IMG/VR virus record: IMGVR_UViG_3300045988_088815
Coordinates: 58,691 to 122,690 of that record
DNA: 64,000 nt
From: a virus
Direction: 5' to 3' (one strand)
A program made the position numbers and the translations under genes. Positions 43,538 to 52,313 of the stretch are shown in pieces. Position 1 is the stretch's first letter, and every line of letters begins with the position of its first letter. Below the pieces are notes generated by a model. That model saw only the letters and a program-made list of their open reading frames with translations, was not told the origin of the DNA and made no database searches.

Positions 43538-43873
43538 ATGAAGATAAGAGAATACATTTCACAGAAGTTGCGTGCTTGGAACATTACCGATGCCCAATTG
43601 GAAGATATATCGTCAGGTATAGACCTTGACGAAGAATATACGTCTGATAATTCGCAGGTTGTAGGCAAGGCGATGATTTCCGTAATCGAGGAACTGATGC
43701 TTGCTCCATATATGAGCAATGTGAACGAAAATGGATTCTCTGTCTCTTGGGACTACTCTAAGATAGGACAATACTATATGTGGCTTTGCCGAAAATATGG
43801 TGTTGCTCCGGATAATGAAGTGGTGGCAGCTTTAGGGCTTTCCACTATCACGGATAAGTCTGATATTTGGTAA
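43538..43873 (+). CDS. hypothetical head-tail joining module protein
   Basis: ORF track; context only. Confidence 0.5.
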   Translation: MKIREYISQKLRAWNITDAQLEDISSGIDLDEEYTSDNSQVVGKAMISVIEELMLAPYMSNVNENGFSVSWDYSKIGQYYMWLCRKYGVAPDNEVVAALGLSTITDKSDIW

Positions 43874-43884
43874 ATGTCTAGGTT

Positions 43885-44199
43885 ATGTTATATTCCCCTC
43901 ATATATTAAAGAAGAAGTTCGTGAATAAGGTTGTCAACAAGTACAACGAGGTCATTAGCTCTTCTGAGGAATGGAAAGAAATGGGGCGTTGTCGGTGCGA
44001 TGACAACTCTACCGAGCATTTCACTACCGAGAATGGTAGCATATATACACCGAAATATCATATTGTTTGTGACAAGTGCCAGATTTCCGAAGGTGATGAA
44101 GTCCAGGTCTATTTCGATGATGGAAGCTACCGAGGAGGTGGAAAGGTCTATAATGCCCCTAAGTGCAATTATCTTGGTTATATGAGTATCTATGTCTGA
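43885..44199 (+). CDS. hypothetical head-tail joining module protein
   Basis: ORF track; context only. Confidence 0.5.
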   Translation: MLYSPHILKKKFVNKVVNKYNEVISSSEEWKEMGRCRCDDNSTEHFTTENGSIYTPKYHIVCDKCQISEGDEVQVYFDDGSYRGGGKVYNAPKCNYLGYMSIYV

Positions 44200-44482
44200 T
44201 GTTATAAAGGATGAGATAGACGCTTTCTTTGCACAGGGAGAAAGGGAAGTAGATGAATTTCTTGATAGGTTAGGTAAAACTGCTGTTGAGCTTGATAAGG
44301 CTAACGGAAACTACCGAAACCGCACAGGTAATCTCAGAAGGTCTAACTATAGTAATGTACATGACCACACCTTGACCCTTGGCAACAAAGCGGAATATGC
44401 GTCTGATGTTTCCTCTAGGGGATATGATGTTATAGATTCGGGTATTCAGTATATCAAGAAAGAAATCGAGGATATGCGATGA
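44192..44482 (+). CDS. HK97 gp10-like head-tail component
   Basis: NYRNRTGNLRRS motif; context. Confidence 0.4.
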   Translation: MSDVIKDEIDAFFAQGEREVDEFLDRLGKTAVELDKANGNYRNRTGNLRRSNYSNVHDHTLTLGNKAEYASDVSSRGYDVIDSGIQYIKKEIEDMR

Positions 44483-44907
44483 TAACAGAAATAGATGCTG
44501 GTCATGTAATCTATGATGACTTGGAACTTATGGGATTGGAACGAAGACTGAAAGGACATCTGACAAAGGGTGGACTTGAGGGGGAAAGACCTTTGGTCGG
44601 TGAGAAGATTCCTGATGAAGGCATGATAGTAATCATTCCTAAGCGCATGAGTGCAGACAAGACATATTTCAACGATTGTACTATAGAGGTAAACATATTG
44701 CTCAAAGATATAGAGGGCGAGGCTAATCCTCAATTGAACGAGCTTTTAAAGAAGGCTATTCAAACCCTGTCCGACAATGAGGTCGGAAAAGCTGAGGATG
44801 TATGGTATCGTTATTCTATCCGCTCCCACGGCATAGAGCAAGAGAGTAGGTTGAGTTGCCATTACGCAAACATTACTATTGATTTTGAAACATTAAACGT
44901 AAGATAA
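44479..44907 (+). CDS. hypothetical tail-completion module protein
   Basis: ORF track; ATGA overlap. Confidence 0.5.
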   Translation: MITEIDAGHVIYDDLELMGLERRLKGHLTKGGLEGERPLVGEKIPDEGMIVIIPKRMSADKTYFNDCTIEVNILLKDIEGEANPQLNELLKKAIQTLSDNEVGKAEDVWYRYSIRSHGIEQESRLSCHYANITIDFETLNVR

Positions 44908-44908
44908 G

Positions 44909-45466
44909 ATGAAACCATTTATTGGAATCAAGAGAATTTGGTATGGTGCTCCTCTTACCGAGGCAAATACACCTGCTAAGTTGGCTACATGGTTGAAAAC
45001 CGCTACAGAGGTTAAGAACAGCCATGAGGGAACATGGGGATATTCTCAGGATGACCCTAGTGTTACCGAGTACAAGAACGAGCTGAACGGACAGGTTTAC
45101 TATCGTGACAAGACCGATGAGGGTGCTAAGACAATTACATTCTCTATTGGTGTCTTTTCATGGAAGAATAAGGTAGACTTGCAGGGTGGTAAGATGTATA
45201 AGGCAACTGGAGAAGAGACTACAACGGAGGCAGATGCAGTAGGTTGGTCTTCTAGCCAAGATTTGGCTAATATCAACAAGTGTATCGTTGCTCAGACCAA
45301 GACAGGGAACTACATCGTTTTCTCAAATGCGGCTATCGTTGCCAAGGGTGACCAGCAGGATAAGAATATCACTTTGGGTATTTCTGCCGTTGCTATGGAA
45401 AGCGAGATCGATGGTGTGGCTGGCGAGTACCAATGGGAAGGCTCTGCGGTTGTAGAACAAGAATAA
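44909..45466 (+). CDS. putative major tail (tube) protein
   Basis: position immediately before the chaperone pair; followed by a terminator. Confidence 0.45.
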   Translation: MKPFIGIKRIWYGAPLTEANTPAKLATWLKTATEVKNSHEGTWGYSQDDPSVTEYKNELNGQVYYRDKTDEGAKTITFSIGVFSWKNKVDLQGGKMYKATGEETTTEADAVGWSSSQDLANINKCIVAQTKTGNYIVFSNAAIVAKGDQQDKNITLGISAVAMESEIDGVAGEYQWEGSAVVEQE

Positions 45467-45487
45467 GACATAGGCAACAAATGATAG

Positions 45488-45520
45488 AGGGGGATGGTGT
45501 TAATGCCGTTCCCCTTTTTT
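45488..45520 (+). terminator. intrinsic terminator or attenuator
   Basis: GGGGA..TCCCC followed by T6. Confidence 0.55.
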
Positions 45521-45533
45521 AATATTCAGAACC

Positions 45534-45917
45534 ATGAGTAAGGCAAGTAAATTAATTACGGATGCAATTCTTGGAGAGGACACCGTAACGATAATCGTGA
45601 ATGGAAGGGCTTATTACGTTTCACCACCTACAATTATAAAATTGGTCAAGGCGGCTAAATACCTTGATAGTTTCGAAGAGGGCAAGACCTTAGCGGAAGT
45701 CTTATGCATGCTTAAGAATTTGGATGATGCTTGCAAGGCGTTGTCCGTATTCATACAAGGCGATGAATCCATTAGTGATGAATTATCTAAAGGAACGCTT
45801 GAAGAGGTTGTCAATGGCTTACAAACGGCTTATTCCTTAATCTCTATAAAGGATTTTCAGACGCTATCAATTTTGGCGAAGAGTGCGGCAAGGATGATAG
45901 CAAAACCACGACCATAG
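45534..45917 (+). CDS. tail assembly chaperone (G-like)
   Basis: position after the tail tube gene; -1 frame stays open past its stop. Confidence 0.55.
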   Translation: MSKASKLITDAILGEDTVTIIVNGRAYYVSPPTIIKLVKAAKYLDSFEEGKTLAEVLCMLKNLDDACKALSVFIQGDESISDELSKGTLEEVVNGLQTAYSLISIKDFQTLSILAKSAARMIAKPRP

Positions 45918-46108
45918 GTAACGATACACTCTTAGGACAGATTGCATCTTTTATGGATAGTCTGCATTTATCTTACCAAGAAGTCGTGAAAGAGATACCT
46001 TATAGAAACTTATTGCTGATGGCAAAAGACAAGCAAAGAGTAGCATGTGGTGATGTAATGTATGAGGTAACGGAAGAAGAGTTTGGAATGAACTTCAAAA
46101 AAGGATAA
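45534..46108 (+). CDS. tail assembly chaperone, -1 frameshift product (GT-like)
   Basis: -1 frame open 45803-46108; A-run GCAAAAC at 45900-45906 just before the stop at 45915. Confidence 0.4.
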
Positions 46109-46149
46109 GTTTAAAATAATGCAAATAAAGTATTAAAAGCACTAAAACG

Positions 46150-46181
46150 CTTGCAAGTTAGCGAAATATTATTTATCTTTG
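46150..46181 (+). promoter_or_regulatory. Bacteroidota-type promoter (CTTG / TATCTTTG)
   Basis: 20-nt spacing. Confidence 0.6.
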
Positions 46182-46187
46182 CAAGCG

Positions 46188-46322
46188 CAGAACAAAAAAG
46201 GATAAAATGGCGATTTAAGAAATTGATAAGATATTAGAGACACGAAACCCGATGGACTATACCGAAAGGCAGTCCGAGTCACTATTCCTTTGACTTTGCA
46301 ATCGGTAGTTTCGTGTTTTTTG
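46188..46322 (+). ncRNA. candidate structured sRNA or cis-attenuator
   Basis: ACACGAAAC-CCGAT..ATCGG-ta-GTTTCGTGT closing stem around two hairpins, followed by T7; no ORF. Confidence 0.35.
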
Positions 46323-46333
46323 TTTAAAATAAG

Positions 46334-46636
46334 ATGCAAGATGTAAGGTTGATATTCGAGATACTGGTTTCCATGTTGCTTTGCGTTTGTCTCATATTGC
46401 TTGCTGTAAGTAGATATAGGCAAAAGAAAAAGCGTGAAGAACCGGAGCGAAAGGAAATGGACTTGATAGACTTCTTTTCTTTGGGAGGAGTTGCCTATTA
46501 TTGGAACAAAGGTGGTAAGCAGCAGAAATGCTACACATACGAAGAATTTCTGAAAATCAAGGCTGACTACGTGGAGCTTTGGTTGAATCAGAATAGATAT
46601 ATTTTTAACTCTCAATTAGATTGCGATGATATATAA
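46334..46636 (+). CDS. single-pass membrane protein
   Basis: ORF track; TM helix ILVSMLLCVCLILLAV. Confidence 0.55.
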   Translation: MQDVRLIFEILVSMLLCVCLILLAVSRYRQKKKREEPERKEMDLIDFFSLGGVAYYWNKGGKQQKCYTYEEFLKIKADYVELWLNQNRYIFNSQLDCDDI

Positions 46637-46856
46637 AGTATTTGTTTTGTTTCCGACAATAGTAGTATCAGATGGTATTGTTGGTATAGCTTGGCTAGGA
46701 AAGGTCTTTGGCTGGCGATATGGAAAGAACAAGAAAAAGAGCAAGAATGTGTCCTTAATGATAGGATATAACACAGGAATGTCTCTTAAGTCGAAAATAG
46801 ACGATAACGCAGCGGATGATTATTTAAGACGCATTGCCGAAGAAAATAGAATCTAA
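46626..46856 (+). CDS. single-pass membrane protein
   Basis: ORF track. Confidence 0.5.
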   Translation: MIYKVFVLFPTIVVSDGIVGIAWLGKVFGWRYGKNKKKSKNVSLMIGYNTGMSLKSKIDDNAADDYLRRIAEENRI

Positions 46857-46860
46857 ATTC

Positions 46861-46881
46861 AAGGGTTAGAGTCCCTTTTTT
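46861..46881 (+). terminator. intrinsic terminator
   Basis: AAGGG..CCCTT followed by T6. Confidence 0.55.
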
Positions 46882-46950
46882 ACAACCATATTACTTGTGG
46901 TTATTTTTATACATCGGTTTTTATTAACGATTGTTTTTTATGGTAGATAA

Positions 46951-47217
46951 ATGTATAAAAACGAGCACAAGTTCCCTTATAGATGGACTAAAAAAGATGC
47001 TAATTTCACAAAAGACAAAGGTAAGGTGATGTCTTGCTTTTGTTGTGGAGGTGGAAGTTCCTTTGGCTACAAACTAGCTGGCTACGATGTTGTAGCCTGT
47101 AATGAGATAGACCCAAAGGTTATGAAGATGTACTTGAAAAATCACGATGTCAAGTACGCTTTCAATTGTGATATTCGTGAGTTGATTACCAATATCAATA
47201 TGGGGGGCATATTATGA
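46951..47217 (+). CDS. DNA cytosine-5 methyltransferase, N-terminal fragment (motif I)
   Basis: FCCGGGSSFG motif I; ends 3 codons after the G6 tract at 47202-47207. Confidence 0.75.
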   Translation: MYKNEHKFPYRWTKKDANFTKDKGKVMSCFCCGGGSSFGYKLAGYDVVACNEIDPKVMKMYLKNHDVKYAFNCDIRELITNINMGGIL

Positions 47218-48056
47218 AAGAAGAGCTTCATAATTTGGATATATTGGATGCTAGTTTCCCTTGTTCGGTATTCAGTATTGCAGGTGACCGCCAAAAGGCT
47301 TGGGGAAAGGAAAAAGTATTCCGAGAAGGTCAGAAGGCGCAAAGGCTTGACGATTTGGCTTTCTACTCAATCGACCTCGCTAAAGAACTAAAGCCAAAGG
47401 TAGTAGTTTTTGAGAATGTTCAAGGTTTATTACAAGGTGAAGCCATCGAGTACGTAAAGGAGATTTATAGACAGATGAATGATGCCGGATATATCTTGCA
47501 GCATTGGCTTCTCAATGCACGTAACATGGGTGTTCCTCAAAACAGACCTAGGGTATTCTTTATTGGGTTACGTAAAGACCTTTGCGAGCCGTTTATGGTT
47601 CAAAAGGATTTGTTCGAGCGAGTGCCTAAGATAGATATGGACTTCAACGAGAAAGAAATTGTCTTGGATGAGTTCTCTGACTATTGTGGAAGGCAAATTC
47701 CTAAAGGAATGATGAAGTATTGGGAGCATAGAAATGAGAAAGATAATTCTATCGGTGATATTGTCAAGCGGATGGATAATCGTCTTTCTATGTTCAATAA
47801 TATGTTTCTTAAAAAGAATAAGGTATGCAATACCATATCAGCAATGGAGGATAGACTTGTGTATTATGATAATCCAAGTTATCTTTCAGCACATGATACG
47901 ATTTTAGCATCAACATTTCCGATGGATTATGACTTTAATGGCATGAAACCTTGGTTTGCTTGCGGAATGTGTGTTCCTCCTGTTATGATGGCTAATGTAG
48001 CTACAAGAATCTGGGATTGTTGGTTGTCAAAGATTAAAAAGGAGGAATGCGCATGA
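47214..48056 (+). CDS. DNA cytosine-5 methyltransferase, C-terminal fragment (motifs IV-X)
   Basis: SFPCSVFSIAG (PC motif), FENVQGL, QNRPRVFFIG; lies in the -1 frame relative to 46951-47217. Confidence 0.8.
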   Translation: MKEELHNLDILDASFPCSVFSIAGDRQKAWGKEKVFREGQKAQRLDDLAFYSIDLAKELKPKVVVFENVQGLLQGEAIEYVKEIYRQMNDAGYILQHWLLNARNMGVPQNRPRVFFIGLRKDLCEPFMVQKDLFERVPKIDMDFNEKEIVLDEFSDYCGRQIPKGMMKYWEHRNEKDNSIGDIVKRMDNRLSMFNNMFLKKNKVCNTISAMEDRLVYYDNPSYLSAHDTILASTFPMDYDFNGMKPWFACGMCVPPVMMANVATRIWDCWLSKIKKEECA

Positions 48057-48790
48057 TAACAGCAAGTATGACTTCGGGTGAGATGCGTAGAGTACGAAAC
48101 TTAGATGAAACAAGAATCTATGAGTTTCAGATGCGAAAAGCTAATGAGCTTAAACGTGAAATGAGAAAGCAGAACGTACGACAAATAACAAAGACCTTTG
48201 AGCTTGCTACACCGAATGCCGATTATCTCATCGTTGTAGGTGTAAAACATGGCGATGTATTTGCTTCCGGTTTGTTCATTTATCTGAAGGAAACCAACGA
48301 GTATATTCCTATGAGTAGAAACGAGGGGTATAGCGAAGATTGTTTTGCTATGAGCGTTCATTTTCTGAAGAGATTTGCAGAAAGGTTTTTGAAAAAAGAC
48401 TTACCGATTGCCAAGATATTGCAAAAGATATATACATCGTTTACAGGTGCAGTTCAGCTCTATAGTGATGACAAGACAAGAAGAGTGGTATTTGCTATTC
48501 CGGAAGGGCTTATACTCACAGAATACGAGCAAGAAAAGCATATCATCCACTACAAAACCTTTGTAAGCATGGATATGCTAAAGAAGACACAGAAGCGAAG
48601 TTACGAGAAGATAAGTGCATTTCTCATGGAATCTTGTCAGCAAATAGCTAAAGCAAGAGACACCGGAAATGACGAAAGGCTGTGCGTTGTGTACAGAAGG
48701 TTTTACAATGATACTGATTTGCTAGATACAAAGGAGGCGCAAGCCATATATTCAAGTTTCTTTGAAAAAGGAGGTAACAATGAAAGATAA
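48047..48790 (+). CDS. hypothetical protein within the methylase island
   Basis: ORF track. Confidence 0.55.
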   Translation: MRMITASMTSGEMRRVRNLDETRIYEFQMRKANELKREMRKQNVRQITKTFELATPNADYLIVVGVKHGDVFASGLFIYLKETNEYIPMSRNEGYSEDCFAMSVHFLKRFAERFLKKDLPIAKILQKIYTSFTGAVQLYSDDKTRRVVFAIPEGLILTEYEQEKHIIHYKTFVSMDMLKKTQKRSYEKISAFLMESCQQIAKARDTGNDERLCVVYRRFYNDTDLLDTKEAQAIYSSFFEKGGNNER

Positions 48791-49283
48791 AAGTATAACA
48801 AGGTTTCTTGGTGATATAAAGCCTATAAAGAATTACGAAAGGTATTATGTTAGCAAGCTGGGACATGTTTTTACTATTGGGAGAACGTCTCAATTAAAGG
48901 AAATCGCACCTTGCAAGACACCAAAAGGTTATCTGAAGGTATGGCTTTACAAGAACGGAAAGCGCAAGATGTTTTATATACATCGTTTGGTAGCTCAGGC
49001 TTTCTTGGAAAATCCAGAAGCGTTTCCAATGGTGAATCATAAGGATTTCGATAAGACGAATAACGATGTAGACAACTTGGAGTATTGCACCGCAAGATAC
49101 AATGTGATTTATTCTGCTATAGCAAAGAAAACCTCTTCCGAATACTTGGGTGTGACTTGGAATAAGAGTGTAAGAAAATGGCAAGCGCAGTATCAGATAG
49201 GTAAAAAGAAAATATATATAGGTTGCTTTGATACGCAAGAAGAGGCTCATGAAGCTTATGTTAACGCTATAAAAGAGATTTGA
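48780..49283 (+). CDS. HNH homing endonuclease with AP2 DNA-binding domain
   Basis: NUMOD4-like ERYYVSKLGHVF, HNH_3 HRLVAQAF..VNHKDFDKTNNDVDNLEY, AP2 YLGVTWNKSVRKWQAQ..IGCFDTQEEAHEAY. Confidence 0.8.
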   Translation: MKDKSITRFLGDIKPIKNYERYYVSKLGHVFTIGRTSQLKEIAPCKTPKGYLKVWLYKNGKRKMFYIHRLVAQAFLENPEAFPMVNHKDFDKTNNDVDNLEYCTARYNVIYSAIAKKTSSEYLGVTWNKSVRKWQAQYQIGKKKIYIGCFDTQEEAHEAYVNAIKEI

Positions 49284-49284
49284 T

Positions 49285-49998
49285 ATGCTTGAATTTGATA
49301 GAATATACAATTCCGACTGCATAGAAGGAATGAAACAAATAGAGAGCGGGAAAGTAGATTTAATTGTTACTGACCCACCATATTGTATCTCCTATAAGAC
49401 CGGATGGAGAGCAGACGACCATCGTTTTTCGAAGGAAATACTCAATGACGATAATGAGCAATTGATTATTGATTATATGAGCGAATGCTACCGGATTTTG
49501 AAGGATGATAGTGCTGCTTATATCTTCTGTAGTGCCAAGACCTTGGACTTTTTTATGCAACAAGCGAGGAACGCAGGGTTTACCATTAAGAATGTGCTCA
49601 TTTGGCGAAAGAACAACCATACGGCTGGAGATTTAGATGCGCAATATGGTCAATGTTACGAGCCAATCCTGTACTTGAATAAAGGCAGACGAATCATAAA
49701 CGGCAAACGTTTGGAGGACGTGTGGGACTTTGATAGAGTTCCATCAGATAAGTTGGTACATCAGAACGAGAAACCAATCCCCTTGCTTATGCAATGCATC
49801 TTGAAATCATCGGACGAAGGAGATTTGGTATTTGATGGTTTTATGGGTTCAGCAAGTACTGCTCTGGCTTGTATGCGAACAAACAGGAATTTCCTTGGCT
49901 TTGAGTTAGACGGGGAATATTTCAAGGTAGCACAAAAAAGAATCAAAGAAGAAATGTTTAATCAAAAAGATATGTTTGGATATGCTGGAGATAGATAA
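49285..49998 (+). CDS. DNA N6-adenine/N4-cytosine methyltransferase (beta class)
   Basis: DLIVTDPPY then FDGFMGSASTALAC. Confidence 0.85.
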   Translation: MLEFDRIYNSDCIEGMKQIESGKVDLIVTDPPYCISYKTGWRADDHRFSKEILNDDNEQLIIDYMSECYRILKDDSAAYIFCSAKTLDFFMQQARNAGFTIKNVLIWRKNNHTAGDLDAQYGQCYEPILYLNKGRRIINGKRLEDVWDFDRVPSDKLVHQNEKPIPLLMQCILKSSDEGDLVFDGFMGSASTALACMRTNRNFLGFELDGEYFKVAQKRIKEEMFNQKDMFGYAGDR

Positions 49999-50716
49999 GA
50001 TTTATCAAGTTGATTGTCTGGATGGTATGAGCAAGATTGATGACAAGTCCGTCTCGCTTATACTCACAGACCCTCCATATGAAATTTCAAGGGATTCCAA
50101 TTATGCAAAGTCCGCTCCTATTGGTAAAGATACCGATAGATTTCGCATATCTATCGACTTTGGAGACTGGGATAAACAGGAAGCATTTGATATAGGCTCT
50201 ATGATAAAAGAATCCTACAGGTGCTTGAAAGATGGTGGATATATAGTTTGTTTCTATGATTTGTGGAAGATTGGGGTCGTAAAGGATGCGATGATTAAAG
50301 TCGGATTTAAACAAATTAGATTTATAGAATGGATAAAAACAAATCCTGTTCCAATAAATAGTAAGACAAACTATCTCACAAACGCAAGAGAGGTCGCTGT
50401 GTGTGGGGTGAAAGGTAAAAATCCTATCTTTAATAGTGAATATGACAATGGAGTATATAGCTTTCCAATCTGTTGTGATAAGGGGAGATTTCATCCTACC
50501 CAGAAGCCTGTTAGTCTTTTCAGAAGCATTATAAACAAGCATTCCTGCAAAGGAGATATTGTACTAGACTGCTGTATAGGTAGTGGAACTACGGCTATTG
50601 CGTGTATTCAAGAAAATCGTAATTTTATAGGTTTTGAAACTAATAGAGAGTTTTACGATAAAGCAAACAAGAGAATAGAAAATGAATTAATGATAAAGCA
50701 AGACAGTTTATTTTGA
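49982..50716 (+). CDS. DNA N6-adenine/N4-cytosine methyltransferase (beta class)
   Basis: LILTDPPY then VLDCCIGSGTTAIAC. Confidence 0.85.
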   Translation: MLEIDKIYQVDCLDGMSKIDDKSVSLILTDPPYEISRDSNYAKSAPIGKDTDRFRISIDFGDWDKQEAFDIGSMIKESYRCLKDGGYIVCFYDLWKIGVVKDAMIKVGFKQIRFIEWIKTNPVPINSKTNYLTNAREVAVCGVKGKNPIFNSEYDNGVYSFPICCDKGRFHPTQKPVSLFRSIINKHSCKGDIVLDCCIGSGTTAIACIQENRNFIGFETNREFYDKANKRIENELMIKQDSLF

Positions 50717-50736
50717 AATGAAAGTTAGTGGGTGAT

Positions 50737-51453
50737 ATGATGGAGCTAAATAGAATTTATCAAGGTGATTGCCGAAAGCTTCTAAAGCAGCTAGACGATG
50801 AATGTATAGACCTAGTATGCTCTGATGTTGCTTATCCGGTACAAGCTAGAGGTGGGCGCAGTAGCATGAGTGGATATTGGACGGATTCTCAAACTAGAAA
50901 AGGTAAGATATTCAAGAGTAATGACATAGATATTTCGGAGTATATCAACGAACTATATCGAGTACTAAAGGATAAGACTCATTGCTATCTTATGTGTAAC
51001 GACTATAATCTGATGCACTTTCTAGATGAGATAGGACGGAGTGAGTTTCACTTCACAAAGTGTTTAATATGGGATAAATGCACTAAGGTGTGTGGAACGT
51101 ATTATATGAATCAAAAGGAGTATATCATTATGCTTCGTAAGGGAGGTGGAAAGCCAATTAATGAGTTTGGCACATCTGACATTCTGAGTGTTCCTATTCC
51201 AACCAACAAACGCAGGGATAAAGAAGGATTGATCAATCAGACCGAAAAACCAGTTAAGTTGATGGAGATTCTAATCAGAAACTCAACAAATGTAGGTGAT
51301 GTTATTCTTGACCCATTTATGGGGAGTGGCACAACAGCAAGAGCTTGCGTAAACCTTGAAAGAAAGTATATAGGCTTTGAAATAGACCAGCGTCAAGTAG
51401 ATTTTGCCAATAACGAATTAAAGAATATGAGTAGGCAGTTAAGTCTGTTTTGA
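50737..51453 (+). CDS. beta-class DNA amino-methyltransferase homolog with a degenerate catalytic motif
   Basis: DLVCSDVAYP replaces (D/S)PPY; SAM motif ILDPFMGSGTTARAC is intact. Confidence 0.7.
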   Translation: MMELNRIYQGDCRKLLKQLDDECIDLVCSDVAYPVQARGGRSSMSGYWTDSQTRKGKIFKSNDIDISEYINELYRVLKDKTHCYLMCNDYNLMHFLDEIGRSEFHFTKCLIWDKCTKVCGTYYMNQKEYIIMLRKGGGKPINEFGTSDILSVPIPTNKRRDKEGLINQTEKPVKLMEILIRNSTNVGDVILDPFMGSGTTARACVNLERKYIGFEIDQRQVDFANNELKNMSRQLSLF

Positions 51454-51457
51454 AACT

Positions 51458-51682
51458 ATGGATATGTGCAAGGTGTTTTGTTGCAATCCTGTTGTAAGAA
51501 ATGGGAATAAAGAAACAACGGATGCTCTTATAAGAGCTATGAGAGACGAAGCCTTAAAACGAGGGTTGGTACGTGATGAATTGATAGATTTTTGCAACCA
51601 ATTCATAAGAGAGGGCGAAATCAAAGCTTGTATAGAGCATTTGCTAGATAATTTCAAACGTTATTTTTGGAGGTATCATTGA
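51458..51682 (+). CDS. hypothetical phage protein
   Basis: ORF track. Confidence 0.5.
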   Translation: MDMCKVFCCNPVVRNGNKETTDALIRAMRDEALKRGLVRDELIDFCNQFIREGEIKACIEHLLDNFKRYFWRYH

Positions 51683-51683
51683 T

Positions 51684-52313
51684 ATGAGAAGAAGAAAGTT
51701 GAACAAGTCTCCAGTGCTAGGCTTCTGCGGATTTGTTATCGGTTACGAGTGCAAGGAAAAGGGAATAAAGCTGATGGAGTGCGATAAGGCGCAAGCAGAT
51801 GCAATCATAGTTCCTCATCACTTTTCACACAAGGTAACGAAGAATAGTTGCTTGAATCTTTTGGTATTGTATAAGGATAAGATAAGGGGCGCAATGCAAA
51901 TAGGGTATGGAATCCGACCGCACATCAAGACTGAAAAGGGCGAAGTGTTGGATTACCATCAAGTGAGGGAATTTGACAGAATGTGGTTGTCTGATGATAT
52001 GCCAAAGTTTAGCGAGACGATTTGCCTATCTCTCTTGCATAAGTATATTAGGGCAACACATAAGGAAATCAAGTACCTTATATCTTATGCCGATACGTCC
52101 ATAGGTAACAAGGGAACTATATATAAAGCTGCAAACTATGAGCATATTGATACCATTAAGGCAGATTTCTATGTGTTACCAAGTGGTGAGCGTGTGCATC
52201 CGGTTACGATGTGGCATCGGCACAAGACAAGAGCATGGGAGGTTCTAACGAAGCTATACCCAGGAATAAAAAAGGCAGAAGGGTTTCAACTTAAATTTCT
52301 GAAGAAGTTATGA
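51684..52313 (+). CDS. Mom-like (GNAT-fold) DNA adenine modification protein, putative
   Basis: HHFSHKV, REFDRMWLSDDMPKFSETICLS, LISYADTSIGNKGTIYKAANY resemble the Mom family; by-eye match. Confidence 0.5.
   Translation: MRRRKLNKSPVLGFCGFVIGYECKEKGIKLMECDKAQADAIIVPHHFSHKVTKNSCLNLLVLYKDKIRGAMQIGYGIRPHIKTEKGEVLDYHQVREFDRMWLSDDMPKFSETICLSLLHKYIRATHKEIKYLISYADTSIGNKGTIYKAANYEHIDTIKADFYVLPSGERVHPVTMWHRHKTRAWEVLTKLYPGIKKAEGFQLKFLKKL

Noticed and set aside
46240-46316. Purine or other known riboswitch assignment for the Y-shaped RNA
   Set aside because: Helix lengths, loop sizes and junction sequences do not match the purine, preQ1, ZTP or c-di-GMP consensus as I recall them. It is kept only as an unclassified structured RNA.
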